From NCBI GenBank assembly GCA_964016885.1, contig OZ024746.1:744001-808000 (forward strand): 64,000 nt of DNA, written 5' to 3'. Below are positions 1-14,334 of the stretch, piece by piece. Within the stretch, counting starts at the first letter, position 1. Each line of letters opens with the position of its first letter. Under the pieces are notes generated by a model. The model saw nothing but the letters and a program-made list of their open reading frames with translations. It did not search any database and was not told the DNA's origin. The DNA is from Eledone cirrhosa. Its lineage: Eukaryota. The position numbers were made by a program, and so were the translations under genes.

Positions 1-3000
1 TGAAAGACACTGTCTATGTCATAAACCCTTTCATTACCATATTTCTAATGAAAGACACTGTCTATGTCATTAGCCCTTTCATTACCATATTTCTAATGAA
101 AGACACTGTCTATGTCTTTAATCCTTTCATTACCATATTTCTAATGAAAGACACTGTCTATGTCATTAATCCTTTCATTACCATATTTCTAATGAAAGAC
201 ACTGTCTATGTTTTTAACCCTTTTATTACTATATTTCTAATGAAAGACACTGCCTATATCATTAGCCCTTTCATTACCATATTTCTAATGAAAGACACTA
301 TGTCATTAACCCTTTCTTTACCATATTTCTAATGAAAGACAGTCTATGTCATTAAACCTTTCATTACCATGTTTCTAATGAAAGACACTATGTCTTTAAC
401 CCTTTCATTACCATATTTCCAATGAAAGACACTGTCTATGTCTTTAACCCTTTCATTACCATATTTCTAATGAAAGACACTACCTATGTCATTAACCTTT
501 GCATTACCTTATTTCTAATGAAAGACACTGCCTATGTCATTAACCCTTTCATCACCATATTTCTACTGAAAGACACTGTCTATGTCTTTAAATCTTTCAT
601 TACCATATTTCTAATGAAAGACACTGTCTATGTCATTAGCCCTTTCATTACCATATTTCTAATGAAAGACACTGTCTATGTCATTAACCCTTTCATTACC
701 ATATTTCTAATGAAAGACACTGTCTATGTCATAAACCCTTTCATTACCATATTTCTAATGAAAGACAGTCTATGTGTATAAACCTTTCATTACCATATTT
801 CTAATGAAAGACACTGTCTATGTCTTTAACCCTTTTATTACCATATTTCTAATGAAAGACACTGTCTATGTCATTAACCCTTTCATTACCATATTTCTAA
901 TGAAAGACACTATGTCATTAGCCCTTGCATTACCATATTTCTAATGAAAGACAGTCTATGATATTAAACCTTTCATTACCATATTTCTAATGAAAGACAG
1001 TCTATGTCATTAAACCTTTCATTACCATGTTTCTAATGAAAGACACTGTCTATGTCATTAGCCCTTTCATTACCATATTTCTAATGAAAGACACTCTCTA
1101 TGTCATTAACCCTTTCATTACCATATTTCTAATGAAATACACTGTCTATATCTTTAACCCTTTCATTACCATATTTCTAATGAAAGACAGTCTATGTCAT
1201 TAAACCTTTCATTACCATATTTCTAATGAAAGACACTATCTATATCATTAACCCTTTCATTACCATATTTCCAATGAAAGACACTGTCTATGTCTTTAAC
1301 CCTTTCAATACCATATTTCTAATGAAAGACACTGTCTATGTCATTAACCCTTTCATTACCATATTTCTAATGAAAGACACTGTCTATGTCTTTAACCCTT
1401 TTATTACCATATTTCTAATGAAAGACACTGTCTATGTCATTAGCCCTTTCATTACCATATTTCTAATGAAAGACACTGTCTATGTCATTAGCCCTTTCAA
1501 TACCATATTTCTAATGAAAGACACTGTCTATGTCATTAACCCTTTAAATACCATATTTCTAATGAAAGACACTGTCTATGTCTTTAACCCTTTTATTACC
1601 ATATTTCTAATGAAAGACACTGTCTATGTCATTAGCCCTTTCATTATCATATTTCTAATGAAAGACACTATGTCATTAACCCTTTCATTACCATATTTCT
1701 AATGAAAGACACTGCCTATGTAATTAACCCTTTCATCACCATATTTCTAATGAAAGACACTGTCTATGTCATTAACTGTTTCATTACCATATTTCTAATG
1801 AAAGACACTGTCTATGTCATTAACCCTTTCATTAACATATTTCTAATGAAAGACACTATGTGTATAAACCTTTCATTACCATATTTCTAATGAAAGACAC
1901 TGCCTATGTAATTAACCCTTTCATCACCATATTTCTAATGAAAGACACTGTCTATGTCATTAACTGTTTCATTACCATATTTCTAATGAAAGACACTGTC
2001 TATGTCATTAACCCTTTCATTAACATATTTCTAATGAAAGACACTATGTGTATAAACCTTTCATTACCATATTTCTAATGAAAGACAGTCTATGTCTTTA
2101 ACCCTTTTATTACCATATTTCTAATGAAAGACACTGCCTATGTCATTAACCCTTTCATTACCATATTTCTAATGAAAGACACTGCCTATGTCATTAGCCC
2201 TTTCATTCCCATATTTCTAATGAAAGACACTATGTCATTAACTTTTTCATTACCATATTTCTAATGAAAGACAGTCTATGTCATTAAACATTTCATTACC
2301 ATATTTCTAATGAAAGACAGTCTATGTCATTAAACCTTTCATTAAGATGTTTCTAATGAAAGACACTGTCTATGTCATTAGCCCTTTCATTACCATATTT
2401 CTAATGAAAGACACTGTCTATGTCATAAACCCTTTCATTACCATATTTCTAATGAAAGACACTGTCTATGTCATTAGCCCTTTCATTACCATATTTCTAA
2501 TGAAAGACACTGTCTATGTCCTTAATCCTTTCATTACCATATTTCTAATGAAAGACACTGTCTATGTCATTAATCCTTTCATTACCATATTTCTAATGAA
2601 AGACACTGTCTATGTTTTTAACCCTTTTATTACTATATTTCTAATGAAAGACACTGCCTATATCATTAGCCCTTTCATTACCATATTTCTAATGAAAGAC
2701 ACTATGTCATTAACCCTTTCTTTACCATATTTCTAATGAAAGACACTGTCTATGTCTTTAACCCTTTTATTACTATATTTCTAATGAAAGACACTGCCTA
2801 TGTCATTAGCCCTTTCATTACCATATTTCTAATGAAAGACACTATGTCATTAACCCTTTCTTTACCATATTTCTAATGAAAGACAGTCTATGTCATTAAA
2901 CCTTTCATTACCATGTTTCTAATGAAAGACACTGTCTATGTCATTAACCCTTTCATTAAGATGTTTCTAATGAAAGACACTGTCTATCTCATTAACCCTT

Positions 3001-6000
3001 TCATTACCATATTTCTAATGAAAGACACTATGTGTATAAACCTTTCATTACCATATTTCTAATGAAAGACAGTCTATGTCATTAACCCTTTCATTACCAT
3101 ATTTCTAATGAAAGACACTGTCTATGTCTTTAACCCTTTTATTACCATATTTCTAATGAAAGACACTGCCTATGTCATTAACCCTTTCATTACCATATTT
3201 CTAATGAAAGACACTGCCTATGTCATTAACCCTTTCATTACCATATTTCTAATGAAAGACACTGTCTATGTCTTTAACCCTTTTATTACCATATTTCTAA
3301 TGAAAGACACTGTCTATGTCATTAACCCTTTCATTACCATATTTCTAATGAAAGACACTATGTCATTAGCCCTTGCATTACCATATTTCTAATGAAAGAC
3401 AGTCTATGTCATTAAACCTTTCATTACCATATTTCTAATGAAAGACACTATCTATATCATTAACCCTTTCATTACCATATTTCCAATGAAAGACACTGTC
3501 TATGTCTTTAACCCTTTCAATACCATATTTCTAATGAAAGACACTGTCTATGTCATTAACCCTTTCATTACCATATTTCTAATGAAAGACACTGTCTATG
3601 TCTTTAACCCTTTTATTACCATATTTCTAATGAAAGACACTGTCTATGTCATTAACCCTTTCATTACCATATTTCTAATGAAAGACACTGTCTATGTCAT
3701 TAGCCCTTTCAATACCATATTTCTAATGAAAGACACTGTCTATGTCATTAACCCTTTCAATACCATATTTCTAATGAAAGACACTGTCTATGTCTTTAAC
3801 CCTTTTATTACCATATTTCTAATGAAAGACACTGTCTATGTCATTAGCCCTTTCATTATCATATTTCTAATGAAAGACACTATGTCATTAACCTTTTCAT
3901 TACCATATTTCTAATGAAAGACACTGCCTATGTAATTAACCCTTTCATCACCATATTTCTAATGAAAGACACTGTCTATGTCATTAACTGTTTCATTACC
4001 ATATTTCTAATGAAAGACACTGTCTATGTCATTAACCCTTTCATTAACATATTTCTAATGAAAGACACTATGTGTATAAACCTTTCATTACCATATTTCA
4101 AATGAAAGACAGTCTATGTCTTTAACCCTTTTATTACCATATTTCTAATGAAAGACACTGCCTATGTCATTAACCCTTTCATTACCATATTTCTAATGAA
4201 AGACACTGCCTATGTCATTAGCCCTTTCATTCCCATATTTCTAATGAAAGACACTATGTCATTAACTTTTTCATTACCATATTTCTAATGAAAGACAGTC
4301 TATGTCATTAAACATTTCATTACCATATTTCTAATGAAAGACAGTCTATGTCATTAAACCTTTCATTAAGATGTTTCTAATGAAAGACACTGTCTATGTC
4401 ATTAGCCCTTTCATTACCATATTTCTAATGAAAGACACTGTCTATGTCATAAACCCTTTCATTACCATATTTCTAATGAAAGACACTGTCTATGTTATTA
4501 GCCCTTTCATTACCATATTTCTAATGAAAGACACTGTCTATGTCTTTAATCCTTTCATTACCATATTTCTAATGAAAGACACTGTCTATGTCATTAATCC
4601 TTTCATTACCATATTTCTAATGAAAGACACTGTCTATGTTTTTAACCCTTTTATTACTATATTTCTAATGAAAGACACTGCCTATATCATTAGCCCTTTC
4701 ATTACCATATTTCTAATGAAAGACACTATGTCATTAACCCTTTCTTTACCATATTTCTAATGAAAGACAGTCTATGTCATTAAACCTTTCATTACCATGT
4801 TTCTAATGAAAGACACTATGTCTTTAACCCTTTCATTACCATATTTCCAATGAAAGACACTGTCTATGTCTTTAACCCTTTCATTACCATATTTCTAATG
4901 AAAGACACTACCTATGTCATTAACCTTTGCATTACCTTATTTCTAATGAAAGACACTGCCTATGTCATTAACCCTTTCATCACCATATTTCTACTGAAAG
5001 ACACTGTCTATGTCTTTAACCCTTTCATTACCATATTTCTAATGAAAGACACTGTCTATGTCATTAGCCCTTTCATTACCATATTTCTAATGAAAGACAC
5101 TGTCTATGTCATTAACCCTTTCATTACCATATTTCTAATGAAAGACACTGTCTATGTCATAAACCCTTTCATTACCATATTTCTAATGAAAGACAGTCTA
5201 TGTCATTAACCCTTTCATTAACATATTTCTAATGAAAGACACTATGTGTATAAACCTTTCATTACCATATTTCTAATGAAAGACACTGCCTATGTAATTA
5301 ACCCTTTCATCACCATATTTCTAATGAAAGACACTGTCTATGTCATTAACTGTTTCATTACCATATTTCTAATGAAAGACACTGTCTATGTCATTAACCC
5401 TTTCATTAACATATTTCTAATGAAAGACACTATGTGTATAAACCTTTCATTACCATATTTCTAATGAAAGACAGTCTATGTCTTTAACCCTTTTATTACC
5501 ATATTTCTAATGAAAGACACTGCCTATGTCATTAACCCTTTCATTACCATATTTCTAATGAAAGACACTGCCTATGTCATTAGCCCTTTCATTCCCATAT
5601 TTCTAATGAAAGACACTATGTCATTAACTTTTTCATTACCATATTTCTAATGAAAGACAGTCTATGTCATTAAACATTTCATTACCATATTTCTAATGAA
5701 AGACAGTCTATGTCATTAAACCTTTCATTAAGATGTTTCTAATGAAAGACACTGTCTATGTCATTAGCCCTTTCATTACCATATTTCTAATGAAAGACAC
5801 TGTCTATGTCATAAACCCTTTCATTACCATATTTCTAATGAAAGACACTGTCTATGTCATTAGCCCTTTCATTACCATATTTCTAATGAAAGACACTGTC
5901 TATGTCTTTAATCCTTTCATTACCATATTTCTAATGAAAGACACTGTCTATGTCATTAATCCTTTCATTACCATATTTCTAATGAAAGACACTGTCTATG

Positions 6001-9000
6001 TTTTTAACCCTTTTATTACTATATTTCTAATGAAAGACACTGCCTATATCATTAGCCCTTTCATTACCATATTTCTAATGAAAGACACTATGTCATTAAC
6101 CCTTTCTTTACCATATTTCTAATGAAAGACACTGTCTATGTCTTTAACCCTTTTATTACTATATTTCTAATGAAAGACACTGCCTATGTCATTAGCCCTT
6201 TCATTACCATATTTCTAATGAAAGACACTATGTCATTAACCCTTTCTTTACCATATTTCTAATGAAAGACAGTCTATGTCATTAAACCTTTCATTACCAT
6301 GTTTCTAATGAAAGACACTGTCTATGTCATTAACCCTTTCATTAAGATGTTTCTAATGAAAGACACTGTCTATCTCATTAACCCTTTCATTACCATATTT
6401 CTAATGAAAGACACTATGTGTATAAACCTTTCATTACCATATTTCTAATGAAAGACAGTCTATGTCATTAACCCTTTCATTACCATATTTCTAATGAAAG
6501 ACACTGTCTATGTCTTTAACCCTTTTATTACCATATTTCTAATGAAAGACACTGCCTATGTCATTAACCCTTTCATTACCATATTTCTAATGAAAGACAC
6601 TGCCTATGTCATTAACCCTTTCATTACCATATTTCTAATGAAAGACACTGTCTATGTCTTTAACCCTTTTATTACCATATTTCTAATGAAAGACACTGTC
6701 TATGTCATTAACCCTTTCATTACCATATTTCTAATGAAAGACACTATGTCATTAGCCCTTGCATTACCATATTTCTAATGAAAGACAGTCTATGTCATTA
6801 AACCTTTCATTACCATATTTCTAATGAAAGACACTATCTATATCATTAACCCTTTCATTACCATATTTCCAATGAAAGACACTGTCTATGTCTTTAACCC
6901 TTTCAATACCATATTTCTAATGAAAGACACTGTCTATGTCATTAACCCTTTCATTACCATATTTCTAATGAAAGACACTGTCTATGTCTTTAACCCTTTT
7001 ATTACCATATTTCTAATGAAAGACACTGTCTATGTCATTAACCCTTTCATTACCATATTTCTAATGAAAGACACTGTCTATGTCATTAGCCCTTTCAATA
7101 CCATATTTCTAATGAAAGACACTGTCTATGTCATTAACCCTTTCAATACCATATTTCTAATGAAAGACACTGTCTATGTCTTTAACCCTTTTATTACCAT
7201 ATTTCTAATGAAAGACACTGTCTATGTCATTAGCCCTTTCATTATCATATTTCTAATGAAAGACACTATGTCATTAACCTTTTCATTACCATATTTCTAA
7301 TGAAAGACACTGCCTATGTAATTAACCCTTTCATCACCATATTTCTAATGAAAGACACTGTCTATGTCATTAACTGTTTCATTACCATATTTCTAATGAA
7401 AGACACTGTCTATGTCATTAACCCTTTCATTAACATATTTCTAATGAAAGACACTATGTGTATAAACCTTTCATTACCATATTTCAAATGAAAGACAGTC
7501 TATGTCTTTAACCCTTTTATTACCATATTTCTAATGAAAGACACTGCCTATGTCATTAACCCTTTCATTACCATATTTCTAATGAAAGACACTGCCTATG
7601 TCATTAGCCCTTTCATTCCCATATTTCTAATGAAAGACACTATGTCATTAACTTTTTCATTACCATATTTCTAATGAAAGACAGTCTATGTCATTAAACA
7701 TTTCATTACCATATTTCTAATGAAAGACAGTCTATGTCATTAAACCTTTCATTAAGATGTTTCTAATGAAAGACACTGTCTATGTCATTAGCCCTTTCAT
7801 TACCATATTTCTAATGAAAGACACTGTCTATGTCATAAACCCTTTCATTACCATATTTCTAATGAAAGACACTGTCTATGTTATTAGCCCTTTCATTACC
7901 ATATTTCTAATGAAAGACACTGTCTATGTCTTTAATCCTTTCATTACCATATTTCTAATGAAAGACACTGTCTATGTCATTAATCCTTTCATTACCATAT
8001 TTCTAATGAAAGACACTGTCTATGTTTTTAACCCTTTTATTACTATATTTCTAATGAAAGACACTGCCTATATCATTAGCCCTTTCATTACCATATTTCT
8101 AATGAAAGACACTATGTCATTAACCCTTTCTTTACCATATTTCTAATGAAAGACAGTCTATGTCATTAAACCTTTCATTACCATGTTTCTAATGAAAGAC
8201 ACTATGTCTTTAACCCTTTCATTACCATATTTCCAATGAAAGACACTGTCTATGTCTTTAACCCTTTCATTACCATATTTCTAATGAAAGACACTACCTA
8301 TGTCATTAACCTTTGCATTACCTTATTTCTAATGAAAGACACTGCCTATGTCATTAACCCTTTCATCACCATATTTCTACTGAAAGACACTGTCTATGTC
8401 TTTAACCCTTTCATTACCATATTTCTAATGAAAGACACTGTCTATGTCATTAGCCCTTTCATTACCATATTTCTAATGAAAGACACTGTCTATGTCATTA
8501 ACCCTTTCATTACCATATTTCTAATGAAAGACACTGTCTATGTCATAAACCCTTTCATTACCATATTTCTAATGAAAGACAGTCTATGTGTATAAACCTT
8601 TCATTACCATATTTCTAATGAAAGACACTGTCTATGTCTTTAACCCTTTTATTACCATATTTCTAATGAAAGACACTGTCTATGTCATTAACCCTTTCAT
8701 TACCATATTTCTAATGAAAGACACTATGTCATTAGCCCTTGCATTACCATATTTCTAATGAAAGACAGTCTATGATATTAAACCTTTCATTACCATATTT
8801 CTAATGAAAGACAGTCTATGTCATTAAACCTTTCATTACCATGTTTCTAATGAAAGACACTGTCTATGTCATTAGCCCTTTCATTACCATATTTCTAATG
8901 AAAGACACTGTCTATGTCATTAACCCTTTCATTACCATATTTCTAATGAAATACACTGTCTATGTCTTTAACCCTTTCATTACCATATTTCTAATGAAAG

Positions 9001-11990
9001 ACAGTGTATGTCATTAAACCTTTCATTACCATATTTCTAATGAAAGACACTATCTATATCATTAACCCTTTCATTACCATATTTCCAATGAAAGACACTG
9101 TCTATGTCTTTAACCCTTTCAATACCATATTTCTAATGAAAGACACTGTCTATGTCATTAACCCTTTCATTACCATATTTCTAATGAAAGACACTGTCTA
9201 TGTCTTTAACCCTTTTATTACCATATTTCTAATGAAAGACACTGTCTATGTCATTAGCCCTTTCATTACCATATTTCTAATGAAAGACACTGTCTATGTC
9301 ATTAGCCCTTTCAATACCATATTTCTAATGAAAGACACTGTCTATGTCATTAACCCTTTCAATACCATATTTCTAATGAAAGACACTGTCTATGTCTTTA
9401 ACCCTTTTATTACCATATTTCTAATGAAAGACACTGTCTATGTCATTAGCCCTTTCATTATCATATTTCTAATGAAAGACACTATGTCATTAACCCTTTC
9501 ATTACCATATTTCTAATGAAAGACACTGCCTATGTAATTAACCCTTTCATCACCATATTTCTAATGAAAGACACTGTCTATGTCATTAACTGTTTCATTA
9601 CCATATTTCTAATGAAAGACACTGTCTATGTCATTAACCCTTTCATTAACATATTTCTAATGAAAGACACTATGTGTATAAACCTTTCATTACCATATTT
9701 CTAATGAAAGACACTGTCTATGTCTTTAACCCTTTTATTACCATATTTCTAATGAAAGACACTGCCTATGTCATTAACCCTTTCATTACCATATTTCTAA
9801 TGAAAGACACTGCCTATGTCATTAGCCCTTTCATTCCCATATTTCTAATGAAAGACACTATGTCATTAACTTTTTCATTACCATATTTCTAATGAAAGAC
9901 AGTCTATGTCATTAAACCTTTCATTACCATATTTCTAATGAAAGACAGTCTATGTCATTAAACCTTTCATTAAGATGTTTCTAATGAAAGACACTGTCTA
10001 TGTCATTAGGCCTTTCATTACCATATTTCTAATGAAAGACACTGTCTATGTCATTAACCCTTTCATTACCATATTTCTAATGAAAGACACTGTCTATGTC
10101 ATTAGCCCTTTCATTACCATATTTCTAATGAAAGACACTGTCTATGTCTTTAATCCTTTCATTACCATATTTCTAATGAAAGACACTGTCTATGTCATTA
10201 ATCCTTTCATTACCATATTTCTAATGAAAGACACTGTCTATGTTTTTAACCCTTTTATTACTATATTTCTAATGAAAGACACTGCCTATGTCAATAGCCC
10301 TTTCATTACCATATTTCTAATGAAAGACACTATGTCATTAACCCTTTCTTTACCATATTTCTAATGAAAGACAGTCTATGTCATTAAACCTTTCATTACC
10401 ATGTTTCTAATGAAAGACACTATGTCTTTAACCCTTTCATTACCATATTTCCAATGAAAGACACTGTCTATGTCTTTAACCCTTTCATTACCATATTTCT
10501 AATGAAAGACACTACCTATGTCATTAACCTTTGCATTACCTTATTTCTAATGAAAGACACTGCCTATGTCATTAACCCTTTCATCACCATATTTCTACTG
10601 AAAGACACTGTCTATGTCTTTAACCCTTTCATTACCATATTTCTAATGAAAGACACTGTCTATGTCATTAGCCCTTTCATTACCATATTTCTAATGAAAG
10701 ACACTGTCTATGTCATTAACCCTTTCATTACCATATTTCTAATGAAAGACAGTCTATGTCATTAAACCTTTCATTACCATATTTCTAATGAAAGACACTA
10801 TCTATATCATTAACCCTTTCAATACCATATTTCTAATGAAAGACACTGTCTATGTCTTTAACCCTTTTATTACCATATTTCTAATGAAAGACACTGTCTA
10901 TGTCATTAGCCCTTTCATTACCATATTTCTAATGAAAGATACTGTCTATGTCTTTAACCCTTTTATTACCATATTTCTAATGAAAGACACTGCCTATGTC
11001 ATTAGCCCTTTCCTTACCATATTTCTAATGAAAGACACTATGTCATTAACCCTTTCATTACCATATTTCTAATGAAAGACAGTCTATGTCATTAACCCTT
11101 TCATTACCATATTTCTAATGAAAGACACTGTCTATGTCATTAACCCTTTTATTACCATATTTCTAATGAAAGACACTGCCTATGTCATTAACCCTTTCAT
11201 TACCATATTTCTAATGAAAGACACTATGTCATTAACCCTTTCATTACCATATTTCTAATGAAAGACATTGTCTATGTCATTAACCCTTTCATTACCATAT
11301 TTCTAATGAAAGACAGTCTATGTGTATAAACCTTTCATTACCATATTTCTAATGAAAGACAGTCTATGTCATTAAACCTTTCATTAACATATTTCTAATG
11401 AAAGACAATGTCTATGTCATTAACCCTTTCATTACCATATTTCTAATGAAAGACACTGTCTATGTCATTAACCCTTTTATTACCATATTTCTAATGAAAG
11501 ACACTGCCTATGTCATTAGCCCTTTCATTACCATATTTCTGATGAAAGACACTGTCTATGTCAATAGCCCTTTTATTACAATATTTCTAATGAAAGACAC
11601 TGTCTATGTCATTAACCCTTTCATTACCATATTTCTAATGAAAGACACTGTCTATGTCATTAACCCTTTCATTAACATATTTCTAATGAAAGACACTGTC
11701 TATGTCTTTAACCCTTTCATTACCATATTTCTAATGAAAGACACTGTCTATGTCATTAACCCTTTCATTAACATATTTCTAATGAAAGACACTGTCTATG
11801 TCATTAGCCCTTTCATTACAATATTTCTAATGAAAGATACTGTCTATGTCATCAACCCTTTCATTACCATATTTCTAATGAAAGACACTGTCTATGTCAT
11901 TAACCCTTTCATTAACATATTTCTAATGAAAGACACTACCTATGTCATTAACCCTTTCATTACCATATTTCTAATGAAAGACACTGTCTA
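1..11990. repeat. 48-bp tandem satellite (consensus TTAACCCTTTCATTACCATATTTCTAATGAAAGACACTGTCTATGTCA) with 46- and 44-bp deletion variants, roughly 250 units, running off the window start
   Basis: Directly visible periodicity. The MKDTVYVINPFITIFL ORFs are the 16-codon translation of one unit. The array ends near 11990 where sequence becomes unique. Confidence 0.98.
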
Positions 11991-12501
11991 TATTTTTAAA
12001 TTCATTTTTTTTAAATAATCAAAAATATGAAGGATTTAATTAAATTGGGTGGAAAAAATCTAAAAAATAAATAAACGGTTGTGGGAGAATTATTCGATAC
12101 CCGAGAGTTATAATGAAACAGTTAAGCTATATTACTAAATTCCTCGAAAGTCTTCAATATTTTCAAAATATATTGAAACACACTGACAGAGTATTTAATT
12201 AGAAATCTGATAATAAATCGGTTAATCTGATTATTAGTAAATATGTTAACTGGCGTTCAATGAGATTTTTCTTTATTTAAGTAGTTTGGTTGAATTTGTT
12301 TATGTAAGAATAGGTCAAGAATTATCATTATCACCATCACCATCAACATCACAATGATCACCTTCACCATCATCATTACAATCACAATCATCCTCATCAC
12401 CACCACTACCATGCCGCCACCACCACATCCCCTACTACCACAATCTGTGCCACATACAAAACATTAAATTCCAATGACTCAATCAGAAGCTATAACACAC
12501 A

Positions 12502-12618
12502 ATGTGATGTCACAGCTCAATATCTTAAGAAATGAGGTCATGTGATGTCACAGCTCAATATCTTAAGAAATGAGGCCATGTGATGTCACAGCTCAATATC
12601 TTAAGAAATGAGGTCATG
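12502..12618. repeat. 3 x 38-bp tandem repeat (ATGTGATGTCACAGCTCAATATCTTAAGAAATGAGGTC)
   Basis: Units start at 12502, 12540 and 12578. Confidence 0.95.
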
Positions 12619-13039
12619 TTTAAACTACACACTGTTAGCTTGCACTCTCAATTATCATAATTTAACATTGCTTTCACTGCTAACACGGGTTGGATGGGTC
12701 TACATAGACCAAGTCAGTACTAAATCAGGGTGACTGATCTCCCAGACAGGTCAAGAAGGTCTGTACCACTTATGTACGATCTCACGTTCCACCAAGTGCA
12801 CAGGAGTGGTTGTCATGTCTTTGACACAAATGAAAGTCTTCCCAGTCCTTTTGTTTGGCAAGATTTCTATAGCTAGATGCCCTTCCTATCACCAATCCCT
12901 TTTCAGCATATACTGGGTGTGTTTACTGTGTAAATCCCCAACACTAGGGAGGTTGTCATGTCCTTGACATGGCTAAAGCGTCCTCCTGACCGAGGGCTGA
13001 ATACAGCAGATTTCTTCCAGAGAAGGATAGAGAGAATGA

Positions 13040-13230
13040 GAAAGAGATATAGAGGAAGAATTGACGCCAATACTAGACTGGTACTTGTTTTATCAACCTT
13101 GAACTGGGTGAAAGACAAAGTTGATCTGAGAGGGATTTGAACTGAGACAGCGGAGAGCTGGAAGAAATACCACAAAGCATTCTATCCAATGTTCTAATGA
13201 CCCTGCCAGTCTATCTGACGTTCTAATGAC
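13040..13230 (-). mobile_element. tRNA-derived SINE copy
   Basis: Minus-strand B box GTTCAAATCCC at about 13132-13142. The body resembles other copies at 22700-22880, 40060-40140, 49100-49235 and 59435-59526 (ACTGGTACTT..TTTTATCGACC..GGATGAAAGGCAAAGT). Confidence 0.7.
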
Positions 13231-13876
13231 CCTGCCATTCTATCTGACATTCGAACCACTCTGCCATTCTATCTGACGTTCTAACCACTCTACCATTCTA
13301 TCAGACGTTCTAACCACTCTACTATTCTATCAGACGTTCTAACCACTCTACCATTCTATCTGACGTTCTAACCACTCTATCATTCTATCTGACGTTCTAA
13401 CTACTCTACCATTCTATCTGACGTTCTAACCACTCTACCATTCTATCTGACGTTCTAACCACTCTACCATTCTATCTGACGTTCTAACCACTCTACCATT
13501 CTATCTGACGTTCTAACCACTCTATCATTCTATCTGACGTTCTAACCACTCTACCATTCTATCTGACGTTCTAACCACTCTATCATTCTATCTGACGTTC
13601 TAACCACTCTACCATTCTATCTGACGTTCTAACCACTCTACCATTCTATCTGACGTTCTAACCACTCTACCATTCTATCTGACGTTCTAACCACTCTATC
13701 ATTCTATCTGACGTTCTAACCACTCTATCATTCTATCTGACGTTCTAACCACTCTATCATTCTATCTGACGTTCTAACCACTCTATCATTCTATCTGACG
13801 TTCTAACCACTCTATCATTCTATCTGACGTTCTAACCACTCTATCATTCTATCTGACGTTCTAACCACTCTACCAA
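13190..13876. repeat. 29-bp minisatellite (TTCTATCTGACGTTCTAACCACTCTACCA), about 23 units
   Basis: Visible period of 29 (units at 13441, 13470 and so on). First units are more divergent. Confidence 0.97.
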
Positions 13877-14334
13877 TTCAACATCTAATCTATTCTGATA
13901 CTTTATATCAAATCACTTTCCTTGCTTTTGTAATTTTTAAGTAAATACATAAAAGTCATTTGTAACTTGAGAATAATCTTTTATATGACTGCAGAAGACA
14001 GGCATAGTTTCTAGTTACAACTGTTAACATGGCATTCTGATATCATAGTTTTGTCTTTTTTAATTACTTTAGACAGCAAATAGAAAACAAAAAGAAAGAT
14101 TTTTTTTTATTACACAAAGAAATAGAAAGTTAAGTTTGAATTAGTATCCTCAACCCCTAACTTACCCTTCACCTCTGGGTCTCGGCAGACAGGATGTCCC
14201 CCACCCCTAACGTACCCTTCACCCCTGGGTCTCGGCCAAAAGGAGAATACATTACCCTGGAGGAGGGTAAGGGAGATGTGCTGGAACACTCCACCTCATG
14301 GGGCATGCATTTGCGGGTGGCTAATTCTGCTCTG

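Noticed and set aside
48-12018. Repetitive MKDTVYVINPFITIFL ORFs as a repeat protein
   Set aside because: A 48-bp monomer with one stop-free frame gives these automatically. Frequent 2- and 4-bp deletions break the frame, showing no coding constraint.
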